64,000 nt of DNA, taken from Octopus vulgaris (taxonomy: Eukaryota). The notes beneath the pieces are model-generated. The model was given only the letters and a program-made list of their open reading frames with translations. It was not told the DNA's origin and made no database searches. Location: assembly GCA_951406725.2 (NCBI GenBank), contig OX597821.1:59396001-59460000 (forward strand), written 5' to 3'. Positions 38,454 to 51,861 of the stretch are shown one piece after another. How positions within the stretch are numbered: the stretch's first letter is position 1; each line of letters opens with the position of its first letter. Both the position numbers and the translations under genes were made by a program.

Positions 38454-39304
38454 CTGAAATAAATAAAAACAATACCAAATAATTTAAAATTTATTTCAAT
38501 AATAAATAGACACCTTAAAATCACTTGGAACCTGATCAAGAAGTAATGATGACAGGTTTTTATTTTAAAAACTGATGTGTAACATATACAAAATGAAATG
38601 TATCAAGTGAAACCAAACTTCACAAATTAACAGATGTAAGAAACGGGCAAGATGGGTCTAGGGCACACAAGCAAGAGTGAGTGGGTAAAAGGTTAAAACG
38701 AAAATCAGTCAAATTTTTACAACAGTTTGTTTTCATGAAACCAGTAAGATGTAAACTACCTTTCAGTAATTGTACATCTTAGGTTTATGATGTATACAAA
38801 TTTCATTTTAATATTGATTAAGTTTGACTGAATTAATTACTGAGAATGAGGTAATACAATTAATAGTCATGCTGACCATCTTTCCCGTGCAGGTTATTTT
38901 TTAAAATTATATTTGGTACCCTCCAAACATATTGACAGAAAGTGAGATAGGATTGCCTGTACAACTTGTGGACAGCGTATCATAAGGGTACATTAATTAA
39001 ACTTTAATTAAAACAAACAAGAATAGTAATGGCAGTTACAGATGGCAGTGCCTAAGCAAAGCATCCAATAAAGTCCAGTTTACAATAGCTTTAAAATTTT
39101 TATCACACCAATCATAATGTATAACAAAACGAATTAGTATAAAGTGGATAAAAAAAAAAATGTGTGAAAATAAATTAGTATCAAAGATCAAAATAGAATA
39201 AAAAAAGGAAGTCCCCAGTTTCAAGAATTGGTAAATACCATATTTACTGGTGCGTAAGTCACAGTATTTTGGTGATTTTTAACTAAATAAAAACTGAGGT
39301 ATAA

Positions 39305-39341
<37 letters not shown>

Positions 39342-39539
39342 CCGTCCAACCCATGGTAGCATGGAAAACGGATGTTAAACAATGATGATGATGATTACAT
39401 ATATATATAGCAAAGCTGATATCAAGTTTGAACACGAGGGGGGAAAATTTCATATCAAGATTACATTAGGGGTGTGACTTATACACAAGTAAATATGGTA
39501 GATACTGTGTTAAACAACGAATGAAAGAATTTTGCCAAC

Positions 39540-39716
39540 CTGAATGTGGGATCCAAGGAGATTTGTGGCCTTTCATTTTCTTTACTAGAGTCAGAAGAAC
39601 TCTTACCATCTTTGTCATTAATATCCCACGGTCGTTTGACCAACAAACGTCTTAGGGCTGTTTCTAAATCATTGGACCCAGGCACACCAGGACGGCCAAT
39701 GTTAGTAGAGTTGGAA
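39540..39716 (-). CDS. TRAK1: TRAK/Milton exon (SNSTNIGRPGVPGSNDLETALRRLLVKRPW...DPTF)
   Basis: gctatacag| acceptor. PGVPGSNDLETALRRL is close to TRAK PGTPGSHDLETALRRL. Donor |gttggc chosen because it gives the phase 2 needed by the next exon. Confidence 0.88.
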
Positions 39717-41329
39717 CTGTATAGCACATAGCAGGGAGAAGGTTAATAAGAAATTGACACACTCTGTTTATTTGAAATATTGGTGAAACAGTCAAATAAC
39801 ATTGCAAACACATAAAAACAAAAAGAGTTGATCTCCAATATCTGATTCCCATTCAAATGTACATAAAGAAGTGATACATTTTTCTCTCTGCTAACTTCAA
39901 GTTCTCAGAGATATACAAATTAATCCTTTCTTATACAATACACTTTAGAAGTAGAGTCATTTCACCATTAATATTTTAAAAATCAGAATTGAAATCAAAG
40001 TTTAGATATCAGAAAATAAACCATGTTAAGTTGTTTAAAACGTAAATGCAAAAAAACGAAGACATTAGTTAAATTAGTCTCACATAAATTGAGAAACAAT
40101 CAATGGAAGAAGTTTTTAGCTTGTTGTCTAATTGATATTTTTTGAATGGGTGACAATGTCAATATTTTTAAATAAGAGAAAATAATATAGCTGACTGATT
40201 AAACACAACACCCATATCATCAATCCTGGCAGGATTTGGAAACAGAATGCAGGACAATGAAAGTACATAATGCAAGAGACTTAGCCTTACACCCCATATA
40301 AACACAATATTTTTTTTTTACATAGAATTTCAAAAGTTATTCTCCAGGAAGATTAAGGAATGTCTGAAAGGACATTGTTAGGTCATTCTCTTTTTATATT
40401 ATTATTATGATGATGATGATGATGATGAAACAGAACCAAGTCAGAAGCTAAAAAATGATTTTATATTTTCTATAGCACTTAAATTTGGTATTTCTAAGAT
40501 AAATTCTCTGGTACTAAGACAGAAAATAATTATATCAGCAGAGGAATGCAAAAACATTAAAGACAGACTAATTTATTTACAGGGCTAAGTGTATGCTTAA
40601 TACAATGTGTATAATGTCCATACACTGTACTACATACTGATTTATGATGAATGTTTCCATATGAAAACTGAAGACTATTTTTAGGACAGTTCATGGATTA
40701 GGAACATTAAATATATCAAAATAACAGATTGCAACTGGCAGGATATAATGAAACTATTATTATAGGAACTCAAATCTTTCACCAACAACAACTTATTCTC
40801 ACATAAGTAGTGAGATGAAATCTAGTGAAAAATACATAAGTTACATGTAAATCCAGTAAGCTTCCATCATGTATCGTCAATAGAACAGTTGAGTGACACA
40901 CATTCAGCACACCAGATTATATACATGTATGCATACACACACACTTTAGAATGCTCTGAGATCAAGATGCACAATCTACGAGACAGCATTAGCTGCACAG
41001 AATGCAGTATGGCTACATTTCTTCCAATTTATTATTCAGTCTATTTTTTTTTTCATATGCTTAGAAGGCAAACAGGGTCGGCTCTTAGTTCATTAGACCT
41101 TTCTATAGTTAGTTGTTGATAAAGGCATCCAACTGCAGAAATCAAGTAAAAAAACAAAGCATATGAGTTAGATATGGCTCTCCGACCAGTATATGAAGGT
41201 GGTGACTCCCTTTAAGAACTGACTCAAGCTTTGATTAACTGACCAACCCATGCCAGCATGGAAAGCAAATGTAATATGATGATGATGAAGAGTTTGCAAA
41301 ACTAACACTGGTCTTTGTACCCAAAGTAT

Positions 41330-42150
41330 TTAAAACATTACTATAATAGTGGTTCTTGTGATTAATGGATTTGGATGTTGCCATAGTAACACAACTTGGA
41401 ACAGACTAATCAACAACTGAACACATTGTATTTGATTATATTGGTTTTGTTATTTGTGATCAATGAGCATGGTATGCTGGTAGCAGGTAATGACAGATAT
41501 AATTACGGTTCTTTCTTCCATCTTTTATTTCATTGCAGTTTTAATACAAACATATTAAAAGCCAATAAGATAGGCAAAGTCTATGATAGACTTGATGTTC
41601 TGTTGATAAAGTGGCACCAGCTTTCCCTTATTTTGACCACAAGTTGGATTAAGTGGTGCTGAGAGGGTATTTATTCTTTTGGAGATTTAGTTATTATGTT
41701 ATCTTTGTGTCATACACAAGGTTTAGAATTCAAGGCGTGTATAGCTAGAATTTGTGGTGTGTAAGCTATGATGGATGGAATGTGAAAGAACAGGATTGTA
41801 ATATCAGTGTAAGATGCTACATGTAAACATTGAGAACCAGTGGAGAAAATATGTATGTGGAGGAGAAAACAGTATCTGATAGAAGAAATTCTTTTTGGGT
41901 AACATGTAAGGAATCATAGATTTTGGAGGTTTTCTAGTTAAAATGATAGATTAGAAACAAGAGAAGTAGTTGGCTAACCATTTGTCTTGTTTGATGAATT
42001 AGTAATAAATGAGACATGTGACTCCCTCTGACTACACTTGTTAATACAAGTAAGATGATTAAGAAATATGAAGAAGATGAGAATAAAAGTTTAAAATAAC
42101 TTTCTTGATGTAATGTCCCAATGTTGAAAGTTTTTAAAATAATGTTTCAT
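41330..42150 (-). mobile_element. Possible highly decayed LINE reverse transcriptase remnant
   Basis: Faint minus-strand residues resembling KQWLANY, a degenerate PQG.VLSP.LF block and SYTDITI (degenerate YADD). No ORF. Confidence 0.35.
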
Positions 42151-42799
42151 AACAATTGAGTAGAAAGTTCAGAAACTATGTTAAGTAGTATGTAAGACTA
42201 ATATATGGCACACTGTACCAGGAGAGAAACCATATTGTACATATATTTTGAAGTTTGTTTCAATGAATACATTCTGTGCTGGAATGCCTATATCAAACAT
42301 AACCAACATATAGGTGCTTCTACCAAATTAGCAGATAAAATTTCCCTTAATGTACTTGCTACTATCTTGACTCTCTGCTATCTTTAAACTAGACTATACA
42401 ATTACATTATAAATATAAGGACCACACCCATAACAAATATAGTGTGCTAAGCCTAAAATAATCATCAAATAATGAAGGTCTGAAGATCATCTCAGAAACC
42501 TTATATCTGCCATGTCTATGACAAAAAGAGAAGAAAACAAGGTGTGTGTATGTGTCTGTACACACACACACACACAGACACACACACACAAGGGGGTGCT
42601 GAAAAGTTCCTGATTTTGGGTAAAAGAAAATACAGGAGGATCAATTTTATTCAACATATTCCCCTTTCAGAATCACACACTTATTGCAGCAGTCCTTCAG
42701 TTTTTCTAAGCCCTGTAAAAGAACTTGGAAGGTTGGGTATCCAACCAAGCCTTTCATGATAACCTTCAAGCCAGGAACTTTTCAGAACCCCCTCATATA

Positions 42800-43102
42800 T
42801 CATCATCATCATCGTTTAACGTCCGTTCTCCATGCTAGCATGGGTTGGACGGTTCGACCAGGGATCTGGGAAGCCAGAAGGCTGCACCAGGCTCCGGTCT
42901 TATCTGGCAACGTTTCTACAGCTGGATGCCCTTCCTAACGCCAACCACTCCGTGAGTGTAGTGGGTGCTTTTTACGTGCCACCTGCACTGGTGCCAGGCG
43001 AGGCTGGCATCGGCCACGGACGGATTGGTGCATTTTATGGAAGCCAGTCGAGGCGGCACTGGCTTCGGCTACGATTCGGATGGTGCTTTTTACGTGCCAC
43101 TG
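42800..43102. mobile_element. Family C retroposon copy with (CAT)n end
   Basis: Nearly identical to 56761-57075. Confidence 0.85.
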
Positions 43103-43224
43103 ATACGATATATATATATATATATAAATATATATCTTTGTTGATTGTAAGTTTTTAACAGGCCTATCATTGGTTTGCCACATTTCTGAAGATAAGAATA
43201 ACAAGACCACTTGTTCTTTATTTG

Positions 43225-43425
43225 CTGAGACATTGCATCCTTTAAAACTTCCATGCTTCCTGAAATTCACCAACACTACACCTGATATCCGCCCCACCCT
43301 CCATACACATGCACACATGTATATCATGATCCATACACTGTTCACTTTCTTGACTTTTATACATAATTCTATGTACTGTACATGCACCTTTGATGAGTTG
43401 TGGTGCAACTGAGCACAATACACAA
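43225..43425 (+). mobile_element. Short 3' end of the same CR1-type LINE in opposite orientation, followed by (ATT)n
   Basis: catcctttaaaacttccatgcttcctgaaattcaccaacactacacctga is the reverse complement of the block near 9157-9205. Confidence 0.7.
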
Positions 43426-44453
43426 TAATGTCATGATTATTATTATTATTATTATTATAATTATAATTATTATTATTATATATGATGACAGATATGATGT
43501 ACACTCATTCAGATGCACACATAAAGAGAAATGTGACTGAAGAAGGTTGCTAAATTAAAAAATGTAAGCTACAAGATTCAAGACTTAAAGAAAACTGAGA
43601 ATGTGCACATTCAAACCATGTGGTTTATTTATATATGCAAGAGAGAATGAGCTGCCAAGTAGAGCTTGACTAGGATTTCAAACTTTACTACCAAAAATAG
43701 AACCAATTATTTTTGTTTGATATAAATATGGTCATACTGATCAGAAAAATATAATAGTTAAAAGAAACTGCTATTGATAACTGCAATAGAATTATTGATC
43801 TGATCTAGCAACAGAGATTGCATTTCTTTTTCATATTGTGATTTTTAGTGAACTTTTGTAGATGGTTGATTGATTTAAAAGAAATATCAAATATTCAATA
43901 CTCACACACACACACACATACATACATACATACATAAACAGGGAGGGAGAGATTAAAGAAAGCAGTGAGCACAGAAAGATGACTACACGAGAAGGACAAG
44001 CTTTTACGAACTTTATATTAGTTTAAGCTTTATATATATATATACACATATATATATAATGTGCATTTGAAATCCTGTTGCTAAATCAGTTACTCAGTTT
44101 CTGAACAACAACTACTGAATAAATAGAAATCACATGTGCATATGTATATATATATATATATAAATACATAACAAGACAGCTGTGCACAGAATTATTGAAG
44201 ACCACCTGCGGCTGAAATAGCAATAGAATAACAGTAGACACAGCAATCGAGCAACACACACTCACACGACTAGGAACAGAAGGCAAAAAGAAGCTGGTTT
44301 TTTTTTTTTCCTTTCAAAGTGAAATGAAATTCATGCTCCAACAAATTTTTAAAAAAGCCCAAAATAGCTAAGCAAACAAAGGTAAATAGAAACAGCTTTT
44401 TAAGATGTTAATAGAGAGGAGATAGACTAAAGTCATCACAGATTAGAGCAACC

Positions 44454-44500
<47 letters not shown>

Positions 44501-45177
44501 CCAAGTGTGTTGATTTGTGTTTGAATTACATTTCGAAGAATAAATAAGCACACAATATCTGATAGGGAAATTATTTTTAAAGCTCATCTATATTATATAC
44601 CCCTAACATTCCCATTCTCTTTATCTGTTTGTATGCACCCTCTTCAAATTAGACGAACCAGTGCAACAACTTTTTCTTTTATCAACATACCTAACAAATA
44701 CTTGCTTAAAGAAATGTATTTTAACGCTCATTTTTCTTTTATACATAGTGTCATTATAAAAGCCTTGTAGATGTTTAAATTTAAGTTAAAAGAATTGCAC
44801 AAAGACTTTATGATACTCCTGGACTTAAAACTTTATTCTTGGGTTATTTTCTAATTTATTGCAATAAAAAGAGACCATGTTCAGTTAGGTGAAGTATGCA
44901 CTGGGGCAGAGTAGTGGCGATTTTAGCAAGCAGAACTCTATGAACTTAGTATCAAATCTGACATGGCTGACCTTTTGATCCGACAAAACAGTATTTCTAA
45001 TATGTTTAGCAATATCTGTTTACTTTTTTTCCCCCAAAAGACTTTGAAAGCATGCATAAAATATTTGGAGAAAATACTGTTTGTAAATGTCCAACAAAAG
45101 CTTCAGTTAATATTTCAGATTCCAAAGGAAAGCACCAATGGATAAGATTCTTCTAAACATAAAGGCTTGTTGAAAAA

Positions 45178-45840
45178 TTAAAAGGAACTGTTCTTTATTA
45201 GCTTTCCATCAACCTTAACTAGAGGACCAACACCAAGGCTACTAAATGCCACCCACACCATCACATCCCCACCCTCCGCATGAGCTGTCTTTTTCATGCA
45301 TTTTGGATGGAATTCCTCGGTTTGGCGACGTCTGATGTATGTTTTACTATCTGATCCAAATATACAGAAGCACGACTCGTCATTCCAAAGGACCCTGCAC
45401 CAATCTTCGACAGTCCATTGAGCATGGTTTTTTGCAAAATTAAGGCATTTGAGTCGAATTCTTTCGGATATTATTGGCTTTTTCCTAGCGATTTGTCCAT
45501 GTAATCCAAATTCTCTCAAACGGTTACGGACGGTGTGTGGTGTAAAAATAACACCATTCTCATTGGATAATTGTTTACAAATGTCAACAGCTGTCAGCAT
45601 TCGGTTGCCTTCCAGAAGTCGGTGGATTCGACAGTCCAACTGCGCCGTCGTTTTTCTTGGGACGCCAGTCCTTTGCCGATCTTTATGTTGATCAGTCTCT
45701 GAGTATAACTTCCATGCTTGCACACAAGCCGTTTTACGGCACTTTAGTTGCTTGCTGACGTTCGAAAAAGAAACTTTTTGCTGGTGGAGTAATACGATTT
45801 TTGCTCTCGTGACTGGACTGAAGGTACGTTGTTTTCCCAT
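45178..45840 (-). mobile_element. Truncated Tc1-like transposase ORF (220 aa)
   Basis: Paired-like HTH region, G.PRKTT linker, TVRNRLRE.GL..ARKKP, W..EDW.RVLWNDES.F and GG.VMVW motifs. Ends before the second D and the E of DD34E. TIRs not identified. Confidence 0.9.
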
Positions 45841-46715
45841 TATTAATCAATTTTATAATAATGTTAAATTATAACACTATATAGTGCAGTTAGGCTAGTT
45901 GTGTGACCACCCATTTTGGCGAAATAATTTGCATACATATTACATGGTCTTAAACTAATTTTGCTGGTAAATTTGAAATGTTTATATCAATTTAGCATTA
46001 GAATTCTTCAAGTTGTATAAAAATAGTTACTGTCTGCATCATTCAAAAGAGAAATAAATTTTGCATAAGGTGTAAAAGATAAAAATAATTTGTATGGTGT
46101 TAGCAACAAAATATTTGGTAAGAAATAGAACTTTTATCATATACATATATACATACATACGCATATATATATACATACGTATATATACATACATATGCAT
46201 ATATACATACATATATATACACACATATATATATATATATACATAAGGTTGTGTAGCTAATATTTATATCTATATTCAAGATACAAGAGGAAATTGTAAT
46301 GATACAATTTAATATTTGACCTACACAGTCACGCAATCTAAACTAATTATAAATATTATCTTCCTCCACAACAAGTCAAAATAGATTGGGATACACTGAA
46401 TTAAAGCAGTTCTTACATTGACCTAGTCTGTGATGACAAAGAAAATTTCAGAGTTTTCTAATAATATTCGACTCAATATAAAGTTGTTTTCCTCTTTTTT
46501 TTTATTTAAATGTAAAAAAAAGTATATATTTTATATATATAAAAGCACTGGAAATAGAGGCAATAAAATTCCAGATTTTCAGAGCTTTGATACTAATTTC
46601 AAGACATTTCATATTATTAATAAAGTTTCCTGGAAACTACTAATTGGTGTTTGCAGGATAAGGATTGGTGCTTATGTCTAGGAACCTAACAGTACTCTTT
46701 GGTCCTTTGTCTAAA

Positions 46716-46850
46716 GTGTGTTGAATGTTGTGTTGTGGTGTGTTGTGTTATGGTGTGTTGCTGTGTAGCATGTTGCAGTATGGTGTGTTGCAGTGTGGTG
46801 TGTTGTGGTGTGTTGTGTTGTAGTGTGGTGTGTGTGTATGTATTGTGTGT
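46716..46850. repeat. Degenerate pentanucleotide microsatellite (GTGTT/GTGTG)n
   Basis: tgttgtgttgtggtgtgttgtg... seen directly. Confidence 0.85.
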
Positions 46851-47645
46851 TAAAGAGTAAAAGAGAATGAGAGAAATAAAAAAAGAGACAGAATAAAAAG
46901 AGACTCATATGGTTTAACTCAGCTATTTCAGTCTATCTAACTGAAACTAGTGATTGCTACTAAGAAAAGCATCAACACATCAGCTGCTAAGATAATAGCT
47001 AAACATGTCAATCTATTCCACAAATAATACATACACAGTAAAATGGAAACAATAAAAACAATCCCAAACTATCACTACAGCAATTGTTTACATCACCTAA
47101 TGAGTTCTCATTACTCATACATATTCTCATTAACGTATTTGTCTGCCAAATCTGATTCTTACTATTGTATCTGCCTGTCAGTTTCTCTTGGAGAGTAACT
47201 GGTTAAAAACCTACTTTTTCTCATTTTCTTTTGAAGCACTCAGAGTGAAAACCGGTTGGGATGTGAAATAAAAAGATGAAACACTACATCTGATTTTGGT
47301 CTTAAATTTTTCTAATAAGATTACAGTTTTTAAAACTTTATTCTGCATTTTCATTCAATATATATTTGAGGGCCCCATTTGTTGATATTGACAAATGAGT
47401 GTCAATGGAAATGCCTGCTTACTGAATCATAGGTAAGTGGCTGAATGTTCCAGAAACTTGTACCCATAAGATAGTCTTCCAGTAGAATCAGTGTCACGCT
47501 GCATGACAAGGCTAGCCTTCTGACCCACAGGTACAGCACATCTGATGGCCTTCTACAGAGTTTTTGTTTCTTTCACTCACAAGACTTAGGTTCATCAGAG
47601 GCCATGGTAGAAGGCACTTGTCATGTATGTATATGTGTGTATACA

Positions 47646-47865
47646 CAGTAATCCCTCGACTATCATGGGTATTACGTTCCAAAACCTCCTGCAATAGGTG
47701 AAAATCTGCGAAGTAGAAACAGTACTTTACTCTATTTTAAAAATTATTTTCATAATTTTTATATATTTATTTTATTATAAATGTAAAACAACACCATGGA
47801 GGAATCAACGTAAGCTTAAATAATAAACCACGATAGGTGAACTGCAATATAACAAGGGATTACTA
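47646..47865. mobile_element. pogo/Tigger-like MITE
   Basis: Ends cagtaatccctcg / caagggattacta, degenerate TIRs, TA at the right flank. Confidence 0.7.
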
Positions 47866-49392
47866 TACACACAGAGTTGTGTGTGTGTGTAATTTAAGTA
47901 AATAAAAATATTGAAGATTAAACTTTCTTCTAAGTCATTCTCCAATATGCGATTATTTTTGTCATTACAATTTCATAATCTAAGCCCAATAGATATCTTA
48001 ACAAAATCATAATATACTGTGATTATATCATAATAAACTATCTTTAAATCTAATAACTTTTATAGAAAAATTACAAATAATAAATGTCAGAAAATAATTG
48101 TTGTTTATAACTAATTGCATCAGGCATTCCATTGCCTTCTCCAAGAAGTCAGAAGACTTGAACCGAGCATGTCAATTTTACAGCAAGGACACTTCTTACA
48201 GGGAAGATTTATATACATGACAAGCGCCTACACAGTTTCTGTCCACCAAATTCACTCAAGGTTTTGGTCAACCCAAGGTGCCATGTAGTGGGACTGAACC
48301 CAAACTGACTTGGTTGCAAAGTGAGCTTTTTAACCATATAGTTAAGCTTACATCAAATTTAGAAATATCAGTAATTTCATTTTAATGCATCACCTAACAC
48401 TTATTTAGTAATGCAAAAAATTAATCTACCTTTTTGTACCTATTAATTATTATCATTATTTTCTTTAACTGGAGTTAATTCTTTGCTTTACTTTAAATGT
48501 TTAAAGAAATATACATTCAGAGAAATAATTGCAACAAGAATCTTCTCTGTTTTTGTATAAGTCAGATATAGGTTTCAGATACATATTTTGTAAACAACTA
48601 AAAGATGAAATTGTAAAAATAGATTAGTTTTTACGCCAAATTAATTATCGCACCGATTGATTATTTAAAGGACTTCCCTACCACCTGAGAAAAATAATAA
48701 ATACCAAGCAGCTTTGATAGCAGATTTAAATTGTATGAGTAAAAAATATGTCATCAGATTTTTTTTTTCTATTATATATTAGCAAATATTAGCTGTGAAA
48801 CTCTGGAAATGTGGGAATTTTCTCCCAAGCACTAGATTATATACATATGTAGTCAAGGAAACGTTCAGCTCAGAAATATACAATACCTGTAAGCTCTGAA
48901 AGGCGGCCATCTTGAAAAATAGACATATATATTTTGTTGAAAAGTTTTGTAATAAAAAATAAAAAATATGTAGCTTTAATGAACAATTAAAATGAATAAA
49001 TAAAAATAAAATCTATGGATGACTGGAATCAAAGATCAAGAGAAATTTTGACATATTTAATTTTCAGGAAGACAAAAAAGCTATAAATGAAATGCTGGGG
49101 GAGATAACGATCTCATGATTTAGGTGGTACCTTAACAAGTTGTTTTACTAGTTCTTGTTTTAAATATACTCAATAAGAATTTCATTTCATTTTATGCATA
49201 GAAATTGTAAATTTAAATTGGATTGTTCTGACCTACACAGGTAAGTGAAAGACTGAAATAAAAATATCCAAAGAGAAAATAGAAGTTGCCAGTGGGAAAA
49301 TGTTATCTCGTTAGATAGCAAGATAGGGGACCCTAAATGTCAATACACATTTGATCTTAGATCCAGTAAGAAATACAAAGTAGGTTCCTTAC

Positions 49393-49611
49393 CCAGACAT
49401 ACTGTCCAAATCAGCATTGTAGCCATCACTAATAAAGGATTCTCCGTCAGACAAATAGAGGGAGCTTCTCACTGAGACACTAGCAGATCCTGGGGTACTG
49501 CTATCACCACCTGCAGCTTTCAAGAAAAGAGAACTGCTTCGTTTATCTTTCATTCTTTGGGATGCTTTTTTGGCAGCTCGAGCAGTCTCAAAGATTTTCC
49601 AGTTATGAATT
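49393..49611 (-). CDS. TRAK1: TRAK/Milton exon (RIHNWKIFETARAAKKASQRMKDKRSSS...DGYNADLDSMSG)
   Basis: cacattctag| and |gtaagg, 219 nt, phase 2 to 2. KIFETAR resembles TRAK RVFETVR. Confidence 0.9.
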
Positions 49612-50853
49612 CTAGAATGTGAGAAAAACATTATATTGGCAATATTTAACACAAGAAATTATGAAAATAAACTTAACAATAGCATCATGATGACATTTTT
49701 AACACAACTTGCAAGGTAGTGAGCAGGCAGAAACGTTAGATTTTGGAGATGGCCAGCAGGGGGAAGGGATTAGTCAATCAACCTCAGTATCTGACTGGTA
49801 CTTATTTAAATGTCTCTGAAAAGAGGAAAGGCAAAGTCACTCATGACAGAATTTGAACTCAGAACATAAACGAGCCTGAAAAAATGCCACTAAACATTTT
49901 ATCTGACGTGTCAACGTTTCTGTCAGTTTTACATCAACACAAAAATTTTTTGAGGAAGATTTTCTATGGTCAGATGCCCCTCTTGTTGCCAACCATCACC
50001 TGTTTGAAAGCAAGGTAATATTTCTCCAAGGCCAGACATGTTTCTTTTGTGGAAGTCTGGAAATGATGATGATGATCATCATCATTTAACATCCGCTTTC
50101 CATGCTAGCATGGGTAGGATGGTTTGACTGAGGACTGGCGAACCAGATGGCTGCACCAGGCTCCAATCTATTCTGGCAGAGTTTCTACAGCTGGATGCCC
50201 TTCCTAACACCAACCACTCTGAGAGTGTAGTGGGTGCTTTTACATGCCACTGGCACGAGGGCCAGCCAGGCGGTACTGGCAACGGCGACGCTAAATGGTG
50301 TTTTTTACATGCCACCTGCACAGGAGCCAGTACAGTGGCACTAGCAACAACCTCGCCTTGCATATATGGAGGTGATAGCCACAAACCAACTATCACATGA
50401 TATAAAGACAAGGGTGGATAGCAGGCGGACATACACACACAAACAGGCTTCTTTCAGTTTCAATCTACCAAATCCAATCACAAGGCTATGGCTGGCCTGG
50501 GGATTTAGTAGAGAGCACTCACCCAAAGTGCAATGCAGTGGGACTGAACCTGAGACCATATGGCTGTGAAGCAAGCTTCTTGACTATACAGTCACACTTG
50601 TGCCATGTGTAAATTATAATTATAAATTAACCCAGAAGCAACAATGAGTAAATTTAAGAGAAATATTTTAAGAAAATAGTAGAAATTATAGAAGCAATAT
50701 CAAGTTGTAATCTTTATTGTTTTCATCATGTTCAAAGACAATAAAAACTACAAGCTGAAGATAGCAAACAGTTTCACAGTAAAAATTAGCAATTTCAAAT
50801 ACCAGTTTATTTATGGTAATGTTAGATAAAAAGCATTGTTTGTTGGTATTTAC

Positions 50854-51071
50854 CTTCTCTCAGCCGGAGAGTAGCCAGCTGGGTATTCTATCTCACCTCG
50901 CATTGATGATTCAAGTTCTGAAGCGAGGGAGTCTCCCCTCATTAAAGATGATGTAGACATATAGTGCTTTGAGGCACTTGGCTTGTGCTTACGACGTAAC
51001 GTTCGTAACTCATCTTGGACTTCTTCAAATAATTCAAATAATTCATCATAGCGATCCTGCCATTCAGATAG
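50854..51071 (-). CDS. TRAK1: TRAK/Milton exon (LSEWQDRYDELFELFEEVQDELRTLRRK...GDSLASELESSMRGE...), end of HAP1_N
   Basis: ctattttcag| and |gtaaat, 218 nt, phase 0 to 2. Contains DSLASELE, equivalent to TRAK DSLAAEIE. Confidence 0.93.
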
Positions 51072-51786
51072 CTGAAAATAGAGATAAATAAATAAAATAA
51101 AATATGTTTCTTACAGTAACTCATTATTTAAGGTCTGTTAGCCATGCTGACATGGGTTGGATCTAAGAAGTCAAAGGGCTGTAATAAGTTCCAATGTCAG
51201 TTTTGGTATGGTTTCTACAGAATGCCCTTCCTAATGCCAACCAATTTACAGTGAGTACTGGGTGCTTGTTTTCATGCAACAATCACTAGTGAGGTTGCCA
51301 AGTAACATGCAAGACAAGAACAGAACAAGAAAAGGGATAAACCACCTTGTCTAAATGGGTGGAATATGTGAGTTTCCATCAATCAAATCCATTCATAAAT
51401 CTTTAGTCAGCCCTGGGCTATAGTAGAACACACTTGCCAAAAGTACTGTGCATAGTTGGGAAGCAAGCTTCTAAACTACACAGCCTTACCAGAGCCTATA
51501 AAATCTAACATCATTGGGGTCTCCTTGCAAGGGCAGCGTGTCTTGTTAGTAAATATAAACTAGTTTACCACATTGCCACAAAAGATTTGTTAACAAACTT
51601 TTCATATTTATAGTGGAAGAAAGCAACAGGAAAATTTTTGGGGGAAAAGTTTACTATTTCCCTTGTTTAGACTGTGATTTTAAAAAATACAAAATAAACA
51701 AGCAAAATCTTTTTATATAAATTCCAGAGAGAGATGAAGGGAATACTATTTCAATAATAACTGAAATAAACAAAGTTAATACTCAC

Positions 51787-51861
51787 TTCTTTGGCCAATT
51801 TTTGCTGTGTATCCTTGAATGCCTCAAGCTTTTTACTATAATCTAAATTTTCTACAGAGAC
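51787..51861 (-). CDS. TRAK1: TRAK/Milton exon (VSVENLDYSKKLEAFKDTQQKLAKE)
   Basis: ctctcattccag| and |gtgagt, 75 nt, phase 0 to 0. Coiled-coil peptide equivalent to TRAK CAVENEEL...QRQLTAE. Confidence 0.9.
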
